Below are positions 19,693-33,000 of a stretch of 64,000 nt of DNA, one piece after another. Position 1 is the stretch's first letter. Every line of letters starts with the position of its first letter. Under the pieces are notes generated by a model. It saw only the letters and a program-made list of their open reading frames with translations, searched no databases and was not told the origin of the DNA. Position numbers and translations under genes: made by a program. The DNA comes from an uncultured virus (IMG/VR IMGVR_UViG_3300046746_000620). Its lineage: Duplodnaviria; Heunggongvirae; Uroviricota; Caudoviricetes. The stretch lies in the IMG/VR virus record IMGVR_UViG_3300046746_000620, positions 1 through 64,000 of that record. One strand, given 5' to 3'.

Positions 19693-22206
19693 TTATCTAT
19701 TTAGTAAGTTTTTTATTCTTGATGTTGTAAATTTTCTATAGTCTCTTAATTTAGCTTTTTCAGAAAAAACATACGAAGCTGTTAATTTTCCATCCACTAC
19801 ATTTATAGACATTGAATCAACATATTTTAAATTATCTGGAGTTATCTCTAACATTTCATTTACTAATGAAAAAGACATTTTTTGTATATACGGAACCCCA
19901 TACACTGCATCACCACATTCATAGTTATATTGTTGAATTAAATATTCACTATCTTGGTTTACTCTAACAAAAGAATTCTGGTTTTGATCTTCCATCCAGG
20001 AGTAATCAATTTTTGTATGTTTTGTTCCTCTATTTAGAAGCCAAGCATCCGAAGGAGGCTCTTCCCCCTGTTTCCAATTTGTTTTACAACCTGTCCATGA
20101 ACTCTTCCTATATACTATAGGTTGAGCCGCCATACGGCTTCTCTGAATCTCTGGGTCAGATTGATCCCAGGGCTGTCTTCTTCCATCTGATCCTACATTA
20201 GCTCTTTCATAATAAACACCAGTTTGTTTAGTTCCAGAATAATGAGCTGTTCCACCCGACGCTCTTCTTTCTTTTTGGCTCTGTATCGCATCTACAGCTG
20301 TATTTAAAAAATCTTGAGCAACTTGTTTTAATTCTGTCTTATTTACACATGCAACTCCATTGAATCGTTCTCCTTCTTCAGCTCTTACGGAAGGAGATGT
20401 GTCTATTTTCGTCTCTAACCCTAAATAATTCACATCGCTTGCGTCTATGGTTGGCATTGGTAATGGCCCATAATCAATGGCAACAACACCTTGGGTGAAA
20501 TTATATTCATCATCATTTCCTCCTATACCTATTTGATCACCCACCGTAGTACCTTTATCAGCCGAACAGGCTACTCCCAATGACTCTATATCCGCAGTAC
20601 CAGGAACAAACATTAATGAACCTCCACTAGTTGTGACCCAAGATCTTGACCCTAAAGGGGAATCGGCAGTCCCAAAATTTTCAAAACCAGCTGATTGCAG
20701 ATTTCCAAACATAGCACTTTCTCCATCAGTGTCTCCTTGAGCTGTTATATCTTTACCATCAATTGTAGAAGAATACCAAATTCTATCAGTATTCTGATAG
20801 GCGCATACATGACTATCTTCAGCTGTACCTGAAACACCCAGCTCCTGTCTTGCTCTTTCTAAAAAATCTGCACCTTTAAGTTTGTCATTTACATTTTTAT
20901 AATACGTTCCATCCATTCCATAAACTGTTCTAGCCCAATCACCATCTATCTCTTCAGCTTCTGAGCATACCACAGCAACTCCAAGCTCTTGAAAAACAGG
21001 ATGATCTCCAATCAGATACCAGGCTAGCTCTTTATCATCCGCCTCATCTCCAGCCGATAAAGAACTTGATAAATCAACATCATCGCTTATAAACCTTAAT
21101 TTAGGCACAGCTCTAAAACTTCCTGAATCATTATAAGCTGGAGCTTCGTCTTCAATATCATAGTCCGTTTCTCTAGGATATCGCCCAGGTCTTCTGCTCA
21201 ACTTTTGATATGAATGAGACACAGCTAAAGAATAATCTGTTTCTATTGACGAAGAAATCGCATTATCAGGAACTGTAATCCCTTCATCCTCCATAGCTTC
21301 TATTTTTCCACTTATTTCCGTAAAATCAAAATATTTTGCCCCCCAAAAAGAATTAGAAGTAAAACTTTTTCCAAAAGCATTACCGATCCCACTAAGAACA
21401 TCTGCAAAAGTTCCAGCATCATTAAATAAGCCAGTAAACCCTTCTGCATTTTCTATTTCTATATTCAAGCCTGCATTATTTTTTAAAAACTCTTCTATTT
21501 CTCTTTTTAAACCTCTTTCCCCTGCTTTTACTATTGAGGTTCCCGCATTAAAACTATAATAAAAAGATCCATACTCAACATAAGGATGAGGTATTCCTGG
21601 CGTATGATTTTTCTTATACGAATCCCTAGAATAACCGTTTATTCCAGAAACGTTATCAAAGGATACTGATTTCCAGTTTCTGGTAACAATTGAGCCATCA
21701 ACCCTAACATAACCATATCCGTTATTTATTTTATGATACCTACTCCCTTTATGCCCCCATAAAAAACTTCTCTCCACAAGAACATCCCTTTGTCTTCCAT
21801 CTAAATATCCACTCGTAGTACCCGTAACATTAAACCACTCTCTCCCTAATAACAAATCAGCAAATGATTCCGCTCCATTGTAACTATCTCCAGGAGCTAC
21901 AAAAAATGAGTTAAACTTTAACCACACAGAATCTATAAAAGTGCATGTTGTAATTACTCCAGATGAAGATTTTGCTGTTTGTATAGATACTAACTCCCAG
22001 CTTTCAGAGTTCCCAAAATTAAGACCAAACTCTTCAACTTCCTTTAGTGCGGTTGAAGCTAATTCTTTATGTTGCTGAATTCCTGTTTCAGGATCTCCAA
22101 TTAGGCTAATTTCTAAAGTAGGCCCATTACTTGGAGACATTGTTAAATTTATACCTTGAAATTTACTACAAAAAGCATCACTTTTCTTGATTACACAGCT
22201 ACTCAT
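19693..22206 (-). CDS. Putative tail tip/hub protein
   Basis: 837 aa; third gene after the TMP, in a coupled operon. Confidence 0.45.
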   Translation of the reverse strand: MSSCVIKKSDAFCSKFQGINLTMSPSNGPTLEISLIGDPETGIQQHKELASTALKEVEEFGLNFGNSESWELVSIQTAKSSSGVITTCTFIDSVWLKFNSFFVAPGDSYNGAESFADLLLGREWFNVTGTTSGYLDGRQRDVLVERSFLWGHKGSRYHKINNGYGYVRVDGSIVTRNWKSVSFDNVSGINGYSRDSYKKNHTPGIPHPYVEYGSFYYSFNAGTSIVKAGERGLKREIEEFLKNNAGLNIEIENAEGFTGLFNDAGTFADVLSGIGNAFGKSFTSNSFWGAKYFDFTEISGKIEAMEDEGITVPDNAISSSIETDYSLAVSHSYQKLSRRPGRYPRETDYDIEDEAPAYNDSGSFRAVPKLRFISDDVDLSSSLSAGDEADDKELAWYLIGDHPVFQELGVAVVCSEAEEIDGDWARTVYGMDGTYYKNVNDKLKGADFLERARQELGVSGTAEDSHVCAYQNTDRIWYSSTIDGKDITAQGDTDGESAMFGNLQSAGFENFGTADSPLGSRSWVTTSGGSLMFVPGTADIESLGVACSADKGTTVGDQIGIGGNDDEYNFTQGVVAIDYGPLPMPTIDASDVNYLGLETKIDTSPSVRAEEGERFNGVACVNKTELKQVAQDFLNTAVDAIQSQKERRASGGTAHYSGTKQTGVYYERANVGSDGRRQPWDQSDPEIQRSRMAAQPIVYRKSSWTGCKTNWKQGEEPPSDAWLLNRGTKHTKIDYSWMEDQNQNSFVRVNQDSEYLIQQYNYECGDAVYGVPYIQKMSFSLVNEMLEITPDNLKYVDSMSINVVDGKLTASYVFSEKAKLRDYRKFTTSRIKNLLNR

Positions 22207-23846
22207 TATACATACCCCTTGTAATATGTTCTACTTTGACTAAAACTACAATACTGAGAATTTTCATTAAAAGAGTTAGACTCTGTTTCTATATTACTAT
22301 AGTAAGAGCCAAACAAGTCATTTTCAATAGATAAAAATTTTTCATCAGCTTTTTCTTTTAATTTATTTATAGCCTGATCTTTTGTTAAACTTTTATCTGT
22401 ATAATTTCCACTAACTTCTACAGAAACAGTTCCTACGGTTATCCCATGTTTTGTAACTATATATTTATCCATTCCACCTCCAAAATTCATATCAACAGAG
22501 TATCTATCCACAACATCATTAATTTCACAACTTAAATTTAAATTTTTAAAATCTTGAACTTTTTCTTTGTTAGTAAAAGAGTAGGAGAAGGATATAACCC
22601 CATTAGACTCCTGTTCATCTATTTGTCTGGATTCTGGTTCCTGATTTAAAGTAATTCCCGAAAAAATTAAATTTAAAGACTCTTGAGCTTCTTGATGAAT
22701 CCAGCTTCCATAAGAACTTGAATCATATGGCTTATTTTCAAATTCATTTTTAACCATCGCCCATCTACTTTCATTTCTTCCACTAGCTGTAATCTCTCCA
22801 TCTACAGAGACTTCAAATACTCCTCCCTCCTTTTCTGATATATCCACTGAGCTTTGAATGCCAATACCGCATGAATTTCTAAATGAATTTTTTTCAAAAG
22901 TCATTCTAAATTTTATTAAATTAACTTCTTCAACTTCTGAAATTTGTATTTGTTGTGGGATGTCTGAATAATTTAAATCTGCAGTTTTTTCTATTAGCTT
23001 CTGATGAAAATCAATTTCTTTAAATTTTTCTTGAACATCTGAAAAATTAAATTCCATTCCTAATTGTAGACTGCCTGACAAATTTGCTGTCTGAATTTCC
23101 CCAAATGAATTAGCTTCATCTATTATTAAACTAAAAATTCCTAAATCATCATTACTAGATTCTTTATTAGCTAAAAAAGTTCTTTGAACATTAAAGTTGT
23201 TTTTTAATCTATCGATGGATTCAACCCTATTTATTGAATGTAAATTTAAACCATTAAACTCTTCTGGTAGATTTATATCTTGAGACTCAATTGATTGAAC
23301 AAAATCTATAGCATTCTGTAAAGCGTTAGATATACTGGATTCATTATTTTGATTTATTCCTGAATAGTTTTTTGTGTTTAATCCATCAGCTGATATAGTT
23401 TGATCAATAGTATAATTTCCGTTTTCGTCTCTGGATATCTCTATAGAGTTAATTGGTTGTGTAACACCATAAAACTCTTTATACATTAGTTCATCATAAG
23501 AATGAATTTCTATTGAATAATTCAATACGCCAGCATAATTAGCTGCTGGAAAATCAATTTTAGCTATTTCAACAATTTTTCTTTCGAATATTATTTTAGA
23601 ACCATCTATTATTTTTAAATTCTTAAAATTTTCAGAAAAATTATCAATAATTTTATCTCTCTTTGATGATAGTGTTGATATTTTATCACAGCTGTCTGAG
23701 TTAATTAAACCATGCAAAATAACAATTTCTTTCATCCCAATTTTTTTTCCAAAAACAACGTTTTCGGATGAAAACTCAACTGATGGTGTAGCTATGGACT
23801 CATCATTAAATATATTCTTATTATTATATAAAATTTCAACACTCAT
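22206..23846 (-). CDS. Putative tail tip structural protein
   Basis: Acidic beta-rich ORF downstream of the TMP. Confidence 0.45.
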   Translation of the reverse strand: MSVEILYNNKNIFNDESIATPSVEFSSENVVFGKKIGMKEIVILHGLINSDSCDKISTLSSKRDKIIDNFSENFKNLKIIDGSKIIFERKIVEIAKIDFPAANYAGVLNYSIEIHSYDELMYKEFYGVTQPINSIEISRDENGNYTIDQTISADGLNTKNYSGINQNNESSISNALQNAIDFVQSIESQDINLPEEFNGLNLHSINRVESIDRLKNNFNVQRTFLANKESSNDDLGIFSLIIDEANSFGEIQTANLSGSLQLGMEFNFSDVQEKFKEIDFHQKLIEKTADLNYSDIPQQIQISEVEEVNLIKFRMTFEKNSFRNSCGIGIQSSVDISEKEGGVFEVSVDGEITASGRNESRWAMVKNEFENKPYDSSSYGSWIHQEAQESLNLIFSGITLNQEPESRQIDEQESNGVISFSYSFTNKEKVQDFKNLNLSCEINDVVDRYSVDMNFGGGMDKYIVTKHGITVGTVSVEVSGNYTDKSLTKDQAINKLKEKADEKFLSIENDLFGSYYSNIETESNSFNENSQYCSFSQSRTYYKGYV

Positions 23847-23847
23847 T

Positions 23848-26800
23848 TTATGTAGTTTGGGTTTCTGTTGATGTTGGGCAGCTCTGTAAATATTCTACAT
23901 ATGCGAAATTTATTTGCTCGTGCTCTGATAGACTGTATATACAGTTTTTAACTATATCATCAAAATGATATCGCTCGTCATTATATTCAGATCGTAAAAA
24001 GCAAGATTGTACCCCAATAACATCATAACAACCCTGCCCGCTACTATCTCCAAATTCATTTTCTGCCCTCTGGTTTATAGTTAAATTTTGACCATCCGCT
24101 GGTATTTCTAATTCAAGCACAGTACTTTGAGTCGCATTTAAACTAGAACAACTTTCAAATATCATAGGACCTGCAAAAAACTCTGTATTTGATAGATCAG
24201 GATGAAAAGAATTATTTTCAGAATTTTGTGAAATTTTTGAATTATGATCATAATTAGAGTCTTTATGATTGTATTCAAATTGACCTAAATTTCTAAAACC
24301 TCCTATGAAATTAGAGTTATTGATAGTCTCTTGAACCAAATCTGCAACAGTTAGATTCCAAAACTTTGGAATATATATTGTATGAAAATCGCATCTTTGA
24401 GCTCCAAGATCAGGAGGAGATGCGCCAGCATCTGATTCAAAAATTAAATAGTTAAAAGCTTGACCTGATCCAGCTTTAACACAATCTTTTACTACATTAT
24501 TTTCAGCCCAACTAGGATCTATAAGGAATGTTGGATCACCCGAAGAAAAGACAGAGCCTCCGTCATCCCAACATTTTTTACCTCCATATATATCGCCATC
24601 AGGGAAGAGTTTTGCAGCAGTATCATTCCAGTTTTCAGGAATATAAACTTCATGGAAAACTCTTGATGTTGTATAAGTATATGTAAAAGTTGGTTGAGTC
24701 CCTCCTTGTGTTGCACTGTAAGTTGGGGTTTCTAATATTACTGTATTTGTTTGAGTTAAAGATGGTGTATCTGTTATTGTTAAAGTTGGTGTTGGTTTTG
24801 GAGTTCCCAACTCTAAGTCAAAGTTCCATTTAAACCCCCCATCTGTTATTGGTGTGAATGCCACCCCTTCTTCTGATAATTGTGTTGTAAAAGAAGATGT
24901 TGGAGTTCTTTCGTGTAAAGATAAACTTAAATCAAATCCAAAATCAGGATCTACCGTATCAGTAGGCACTACACATTCGGAAAGGTCAACTATTTCTCTT
25001 GTATAATTCAATACATCGTTCTGATAATCAAATTCATATATTTTTTCAGCAAGAAATATATTTTCAGACTCAGGGGAATTGCCTTCTAGTAAATTTTTAC
25101 TCAAAAGGATAGCTTCTGCTGCATTTTTAATATTTTTAAGACCTTGACCCTTTTTCCCAGTAACTTGTATGTTTATTGTTCTTGTTTTAGCTGTTTGTAG
25201 AGCTCCTAATCTTTGTAAAAAAGTTGAACAGTTTACAAAAAAAGCTGCACCTTGTTGGGTTGATTCATTTTCAGTTATAGTTAGCTCGAACTTTTTAACC
25301 ACATTTTCTATATCTGAGTTTGGCATAGTATAACCAACTTGATTTGAGAATTGCAGCGAAAATTCAAAACTTCCAGTCAGGTTATCTATTGATACTTGTT
25401 TCTCCACCTCCTTGAAAGTATTACTATAAGACCTTCTTGTGGCTATTTCAGATACTTGACTTGCAGATTGATTCACTACATTCTCTATAGCTTTTTTTGA
25501 ATTATTAATTCTTTCTGCCGTCGTTGAACCATGCCCAATAGATTCACCGTTAATAGTTATTAATTCAAACCCATCTTGTTCCTCTATTGATACATTACTA
25601 TCTAGAATATATTTAAACGATCCAGATTTTTGAAATTTCGGGGAATTTGTATATTTTAATGATATATTTGCAGAATTTGTTCCGTATTGATAATTCACAG
25701 AGGAATACAAAGGCTCCTCAAAAATTTGATTTTCAACTCCAGGAGTTGCGCTAGGGCACTGATAAAAAAATTGTTTTGAATAACTATTTAATTTAGAAGA
25801 TATTCTTGAATTAGAAGAATTTAAAAAAGATTGCGTAAAACTCTTAAGTGAATTATCGCTTTCATCTTTTAAGTTTACTAATAAAGTATCTTCTGTAATT
25901 TCTATAAACCCTTCTTCTGTTACATTAATAGATACATCGCTACGAGTGGAGTACTCTTTATTACTATCCAACTTATCAATTCTTAAATTTCTACTAGAGT
26001 TATATTTATTACTTATATGATCGAATGATTCACTTTTTCCAAAATCATTAAAATTAATAACATTTTTATATTCTCCTTGATATGTGTTTGAGAGTATAGG
26101 GTAATTTATACTAGATGAAAATATATTACTAGCAAATTCTCTAGATTTATTTATAGGTAATTCATTTGTTTTATATAAATATATATTATCAAAAAAAGTA
26201 TTATTATCTGTTGATGCAATTAGTTCAATTTTTACATCCTGATTAGCTACATTATTTATTTCAATATAGTGTTGTCCAGTAAACTCTTTTAAATCTAAAG
26301 TTTCTTGTTGAAATTTAACCTGACAATCGTTATAAGTCTGAGAATCTTGCCCTAAATAATCAAAATATAAAGAGTATCTTCCTGTTGTTAAATTTATAGT
26401 AAAACTTGATTTTTGATTTGCAGAAACTTTAATAGAACCATTTCCTTTTCCATTTAGGTTTTCTAGTGCTCTATCTTGCACTGAAGAGTTTGACCATATA
26501 TTTTTTCTATTTTCCAGTAAAGATTCTCTTTTTTCAAAACTACAGGACACCGAATGCTGAATATCAAGAGAATTAGCTGATTCCGAAAAGCTAAAATTTT
26601 CTGAAAAATCTTTTAAATATTTTAAATCTTCATTTTGAAGACCTAATTGCTGGGCTGTTTTTATATTATTTTTATCGTTAGTTGTAAAATAAATTTCATC
26701 AACACTTCCAGCTTCTATAATTTCTATTGATGCTGTAAAGTTAGCATCTCTAATAAATTCTCCAGATACAGCAAAACTAATAACAGAGCCTTCTCCATGA

Positions 26801-27051
26801 CTTACTCCATTTATAAATATTTCTTGATTATCATTAATTATTGAATAATCAGAAGAAGATGATGATAACTCTTCAGAATTTAACCTTTTATATTCCTCAA
26901 AAATACTTTCAACTCCAGAAGGGTTTTGTAAATCTAATAATAATCCAGATATTAGTATTTCTTTTTTGTTACTTTTAACATTTTCGTTCCCGATTTTTTC
27001 TAGAGAAGATGTTAAACTTAATAAGTTTACATTTTCAAATTGTATTGACAT
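23848..27051 (-). CDS. Putative distal tail protein with Pro/Thr linker and Cys-containing C-terminal repeats
   Basis: Immediately after the TMP; TPKPTPTLTITDTP linker followed by repeated modules. Confidence 0.5.
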   Translation of the reverse strand: MSIQFENVNLLSLTSSLEKIGNENVKSNKKEILISGLLLDLQNPSGVESIFEEYKRLNSEELSSSSSDYSIINDNQEIFINGVSHGEGSVISFAVSGEFIRDANFTASIEIIEAGSVDEIYFTTNDKNNIKTAQQLGLQNEDLKYLKDFSENFSFSESANSLDIQHSVSCSFEKRESLLENRKNIWSNSSVQDRALENLNGKGNGSIKVSANQKSSFTINLTTGRYSLYFDYLGQDSQTYNDCQVKFQQETLDLKEFTGQHYIEINNVANQDVKIELIASTDNNTFFDNIYLYKTNELPINKSREFASNIFSSSINYPILSNTYQGEYKNVINFNDFGKSESFDHISNKYNSSRNLRIDKLDSNKEYSTRSDVSINVTEEGFIEITEDTLLVNLKDESDNSLKSFTQSFLNSSNSRISSKLNSYSKQFFYQCPSATPGVENQIFEEPLYSSVNYQYGTNSANISLKYTNSPKFQKSGSFKYILDSNVSIEEQDGFELITINGESIGHGSTTAERINNSKKAIENVVNQSASQVSEIATRRSYSNTFKEVEKQVSIDNLTGSFEFSLQFSNQVGYTMPNSDIENVVKKFELTITENESTQQGAAFFVNCSTFLQRLGALQTAKTRTINIQVTGKKGQGLKNIKNAAEAILLSKNLLEGNSPESENIFLAEKIYEFDYQNDVLNYTREIVDLSECVVPTDTVDPDFGFDLSLSLHERTPTSSFTTQLSEEGVAFTPITDGGFKWNFDLELGTPKPTPTLTITDTPSLTQTNTVILETPTYSATQGGTQPTFTYTYTTSRVFHEVYIPENWNDTAAKLFPDGDIYGGKKCWDDGGSVFSSGDPTFLIDPSWAENNVVKDCVKAGSGQAFNYLIFESDAGASPPDLGAQRCDFHTIYIPKFWNLTVADLVQETINNSNFIGGFRNLGQFEYNHKDSNYDHNSKISQNSENNSFHPDLSNTEFFAGPMIFESCSSLNATQSTVLELEIPADGQNLTINQRAENEFGDSSGQGCYDVIGVQSCFLRSEYNDERYHFDDIVKNCIYSLSEHEQINFAYVEYLQSCPTSTETQTT

Positions 27052-27057
27052 AATATA

Positions 27058-30000
27058 TTATTGGCCTCCTAATATATTATTTTTATCTATTCTTTGCGCA
27101 AGAACAGATTCTAAATATCCAATAATCATAGGATCTTGCAATGCTTGCACTACCGATTGCTTAACAGCTGGTTTTAGATTTCTATTTATAGCTTCATTAT
27201 TAAACTCGAATCTAACATCCCCTGTTACAGTGTGCTTCATAACCACTTCATTTAATTGCTCAGTTAACTGTTGTGGGAAAGATAGTATTGTTTCATTCAC
27301 TGCTTCGAATAAAGTTCTAGAAGTGTCCAGTCCCTCAGTATTTAGCATTACAGATTCGTTAAAAAGGGCCATTTGTTCATTCAGGATGGATTGATTCTCT
27401 AATAAAAGCATATTTGTTTCATTAAGTCTGTTGCTGGTCTCAATTAATAATTTATTACTTTCAACTAAAGGTTGGTTTCCTCCTCCGCCGTCACCGTTGC
27501 CACCTGGAACTGGTTGATCACCTTTAGGTGTATTATTTAAAGATTGTACTACAGCCTGACCAACTGCTTGAGCTATCTCTCCGTAATTATTTAATTTTAT
27601 ACCCTCTGACCTCTGCTTCAATAATTCATTTTGAACAGCTTTCATTGGATCTTCTAACCTAGTATAATCAGCTTCTCCAAGGAGTTTAGTCTGCTCTAAT
27701 ATTGATTCATCAATTGCTTGCACAGCCTTCAAGTCTTCCACAGCTGTATGTTTCAATTCTTCCATTTTTTTTATAAGATCTGGACTTACATTATTAGCTC
27801 TAAATGTCTCAATAACCTTTTCTAAATTTCTAATACCTACCACAAAATTAGCTTCATCATTACTCATTCCAGTAAGTATTTGTTGTTGCACTCCTAGTAT
27901 TTCAGCCAAACGTCTCGCATTTTCAACACTTAGAGCTTTCTCATCCATTGTATCTACAGTATTATCGGCAACGTAATCTCTTGGCCCAAATTCCCTATTT
28001 AGTAACTCACCAGTTCTTTCATTTCTGTATACATCTATACCTTCTCCAAGATCTGCGACATTTTTCAAATCTTCCTTGGATAAAAATTTACCACCTATTC
28101 CCTCCAACCTACCCCTACCAAGTTCAGCTCTTTCAAGTTTTCTATTTATAGCCGCTTTTTGTATCTCAATAGCTAATTTTTGCATACTTAAACTGCTCAT
28201 CATTGCTGCTTTTTCTGCGATAGCATTACCCTGTCCTCCAATAACCTGCAACTTACCTATAAATTGTTTTATTTCTTTAAGAGATATGTTTCCATCTTCA
28301 TTACTTTTTAAAAACGCTGTATAAGCATCCTGCATAGCTTGAGTACTTTCTTTTGTAGATTTCTCAAAAAATTGAGCGAAACCAGCTTGCCCAGTCAATA
28401 CTTTTTCCTTCGCTTTAACCCCCTCCCCTTGCAAGAATGATTTTGATGCATCAGAGGGCTCGAATTCAGCTTTAGGCATTGAATTGCTTACAAGATTTAT
28501 TAATTCACTTTTTAACTGTAAATTGCTATCCGCTTTAATCTTTGAAACTTCATTTTCAGCTCTTCGATCAATTCCTTCGTCAGGAGATCTCGATCCACCA
28601 TTTACTTTAAAATCATTAACAGCATTCCTAACCTGAAAAGAAGCTTCCAGTCTGGCTGAAGCTAATTCTAAATTGTTCTCAAATTTAGTTAAAATGTTAT
28701 TTATTAACTCTTGTTCTCTTATGAATTTTTGGTATTCTGAAATTAAAACCTCTTTTTGGTTTTTTAACCTCATTTCTGTATCCTGAGCTTTTTCTACAGC
28801 ATCAGAATATGCATCAACGCTTTGGGCAGCCTCTCGCTGGGATTCTATCAACTCAGAAAGCAATGCTGATCCTGCCAAATTAAATTCTCCATCTTCACCT
28901 TTTATAAATCTGTTCATATTATCTACAGTTTCATTGCCTCCTTTATATTTTTTTAACGACTGCCCTACTTCTGTGTCTCCAATATTAGAGCCTAATTCAA
29001 CTAAAGTTTTAATAGTTTTATCTCTTAAATCATTAGCGACTTCATTTTCCATCTTGGCAATTTGTGCATCAAGCTCTAAATCTTCCTGCCTTTTAGCTGT
29101 AATAGCTTCAGGAGTTAATCCCCTCAAATCAAAGCCTCCTAAACCTGCTGAACCATCAGATAATTGTTGTATCACTTTATCACTTGCCATTATTTCAATC
29201 TCTTTATCAATAACTTTATTAAGCTCAGCCCCTTTATCCTTAGCTTTTGCAAATTCGCCAAACATAGGATCAGCGCCCTTAAGCATTCTTTTATTGAAAT
29301 CATATGTGCCATTACCAAAAGCACTCATTGTTGCGGCTGTAGTTGCTTGAACTGCACTCCCAAATGAACTCGTAACAAGGCTATTAGGTTTAGAGTATTC
29401 ATCCGAATTAAGATCCTGGCCCATTTTAATTAATTGATCTTGAACAGTTAAATTCTTCTGAGCATCTTGCATGGTACGGTTAAGTATTCCTAATTTCTCT
29501 GAAGTGCTTAAACTTGAATTCGCTAACTCTCTCATTCTTTGAGCTTGTTTAGGATCAGATAAGGAGTTAATAGAATCTCTAATTTGTTGATTAGCGCTCA
29601 CTATTCCCGAAACATCTCCCATTTCAGTGGAGTTTTTTAAATCAACTAGTGATTGTCCAAAACTTTCTAGCTTACTGACATCTTTAAACTCTTCGTCAAG
29701 CTTCTTTTTTGCAGCAGCTAAAGCCTTAAAAGTCTTTGATTGATCCTCTTTTACTCCATACTCAGCCATCCCTTTTATAGCTCCGCCTGCTCCTCCCACA
29801 ATCATTCCTGGAGCCCCAAAAGCTGCACCGTATGACAATCCAGTTAAGGCATTTGTGGCAAGGCTAGCTCCGCCTCCAAGTTCTGGCCCCTGCCTCCCGT
29901 CAGCAATCATTTGAGCCCCCATCGGTCCCATGAACATAGCTCCCATAGCAAGCCCGCCCGACTTCCCCTTCAGGTTTTTATATCTTTGTGAATTTTCAGG

Positions 30001-33000
30001 GCTTCTAATATTACTTACAAATTTTGAAAAGCCTTTTTTTCCAGCGTTTCTTTTTTTGAATTCTTTTTGCCTTTGGTTTAGTTCGTAAGCTTGATTTTTA
30101 TCAAGATCTGTGTAAGGGTTTATCAAACCTGATCCGCCTAGAAATCTACCATTTTTTCTATCCTGCTCTAAGTGGAATTTTTCTTGTCTTTTTCTCTCTC
30201 TTATTTCTTCTATAGTCATTGCGAAAGAAGGTACTCCGTGAGTTTTAGGATCAATACCTTTTGCTTCAGACCTATTAATTCCTTGCTGCACACCCATAGG
30301 TTCATCTACGGTATTAATAACCGCTAACCCCATTGGATTCATTGAGTTCTTTAATTTAGAATGTTTTGATACTTTTATTTTATTAGAGGATATACCTCTT
30401 TGTTTTAAAGCTTTTGTCTCTCTTTCTATAGCTTCATCTAATGCAAAATTAGGCATAAATCCGTTTCCGAAATTTCTAATTTTCCCTCTATAATTTGGGC
30501 TTGCTGAATGCCGCAAGTATTCATTATCTAAATCTTTAATTGAGGAAATTTTCGCCTTTTGTTTATTATAGTAATACGTTAATTTATTTTTTGTCTCTTC
30601 GGGTAATACCCTGAATTGTTTAGAATTTAAAAATCTTTTAATATTATCCAAATCTTCTAAACGATGTCTTCTGCTGATTTTAAACACTTGCTTTCTATCT
30701 GTTGAAACAAGCGGTCTACTTTGCATATAACGACCATCCTTAGAAGCTTGCACCTTTTTATTAAAATCTGCAATTCTAGTACTTAATTTTGAAAATTCTT
30801 GTCCAGTCAAACCTTGCCTAACTTTTTTTTGTTGATTATTTTTTAAAATTAAATTACTAAAACTAGACTGCTTATCTGAAAAACTTCTCATAACTCTAGA
30901 GAAACTAGGTGTAAACCCAGAAGCAAAAGATTTTTTAGGCACTATTCTTTTTCCTCTCATTACATAACCCGTTTCTTTAGGTATTACTTTTTTATTACCA
31001 GCCCAATGTTGAGGTTTTGCATACTTACGATAATAACTATCTAAAGCTTTTTTCTGTATTTTTATTTCTTCAGCATTTCTTTCTAGCCTTTTAAGCTGTT
31101 CTAAAGATGGATCAGAACTCCTGCCTGATAATATATCCATTATCGATTGCTGGTTTGATGCAAAGCTTCTCTTTATTTCTTGATTTTTAAAACTATAAAC
31201 TTCAGCATCTTTCTTTGGTAAATACATATAATTTTTACCAGTATCAACCTGAACCCCTCTAAAAGTTTCTTTTACAGATTTCTGTATTTTATTTAAACCA
31301 GTTATTCTGCTAGAAAAAGCTGCAGCTTTTCTAAAGTGCTCAGAAAAATCTATTTTTCTTTTTTCCCCTGAAATTCCGTAATCAACATCAGCATATGGAT
31401 TTTTCATACCTTTATCGAAAGAGAAGGTTTTTGATAAAGTCTTTCTAGGTTCTTTAATTAGAGATTTTCCAGCTTTAACTATAGAACTTTCATTAACCCA
31501 TTTATTGAAAGCGAACTGCGCCTTATTTGAAATTTTTGAAGATCTTTCAGTTTGTAATGGATTTTTAATATATCTTTTTTGTCTTTCTATTGCAGATAAA
31601 TAAGGATTTTCTGTCGAACTTTTTGTTGGTGAAAATATTTTTTTACCAAGATTTGAAACTTTATTAAATGTATTTTCAGCTCGCTGTCTAACCTGAAGTC
31701 TTTCTGAAAAATTTCTCCAACTATCACTTATGGATTGAGGTGCATTTTTAATTTTTCCTGTTTTTTCATTTACTATTCTCGAAACTTGTTCTTTAATATT
31801 TTTTTGTTTTTTTCTTAGCGATAAAATTTCTTTTTTAATTTTACTAGCTTGATTAGCTGGCATATTTTTAATAGCTTCTGCTTTTGTCTTTATTGAGCTG
31901 GTTATTTCATCCCTCTTTGACATTAAAGACTCAAACTTCCTAGATATTGATTGTCCATTAAATTTTTGTATCAAATTAGCTAACTGATCTTTTCTTCTTG
32001 CAGTCATTTGATTTACAGAGCCACCTATGTCTTGATATATATTTTTAATTTTATCTTTTTGCTCTATTATAGATCCTTTAATGTCTATTTTTTTTGCCGC
32101 TTGCATTTTCCCCAGCATAGCTGTGTTTTGCGATAATCTTTTGAGTGATATCCCCCCAGAAGAGCCTTCTCTACCTTTTTTGGTTATTGCTATTGTTGAC
32201 ATTAAATTAGACAAAGAGGCATCAGCAACCCCCCTGAATCCCTTGCCTCCAAATTTCGTAATAACATTTTTAACTCCTTGAGGTTTAAGTTGCAGAGTGT
32301 GCTCTCCATTACTTAAAGCTTTACCTATCGTAAAGGAAGGGTCTAGTGACTGAACTGATCCCGTTTGCTTATTAGTTCCTAATTTTATATTTTTTGCTAC
32401 AGATCTTAGATTTTGACCTAATTGTTGTTTTTCTATATCTATAGTAGGTTTAAATCCAAGCCTTGATAGAAGACTTTTACCTGCTCCATATCTTTGAGCA
32501 TCAAGCAATTGTTTATTTACTTTTTTTGTTACAAAATCTAAAACTTTTTTATTGCTTACTATTTGATTAATTATAGCTTTATTATTAAAATTTATTGGCT
32601 TTCCATCTTTTAATATTCCACCTTCTTTATCGACACTAATATTCATATTAGTTGATACTCCCCCTATATTTTTCGATAAAGCTTGTCTAGTATGATCTTC
32701 TAACCCAAAACCTATTTCTTTAGCGAAATTAGGTATATAACCTTCAGATAAATGATTTATTACATTATTCGAATATTGAGGGCTTAAATGGTTAGATTCA
32801 AAATTTGGGATAAATCCTTCAGAAAAATTTTGCTTAAACCCTTGAATTATGTCATCTATTTTTTCTTTTTTTAAATATTTAAGTTCAACCTTAAAAGGTC
32901 GGTCTTGAGGAAGTGGGTTATTGTAATAATTTTTTCTTTCATAAAAACCTGCATTTCCTAATTTTATTTTTTTACCAAGCTCGTAATCTCTCTTTTTCTG

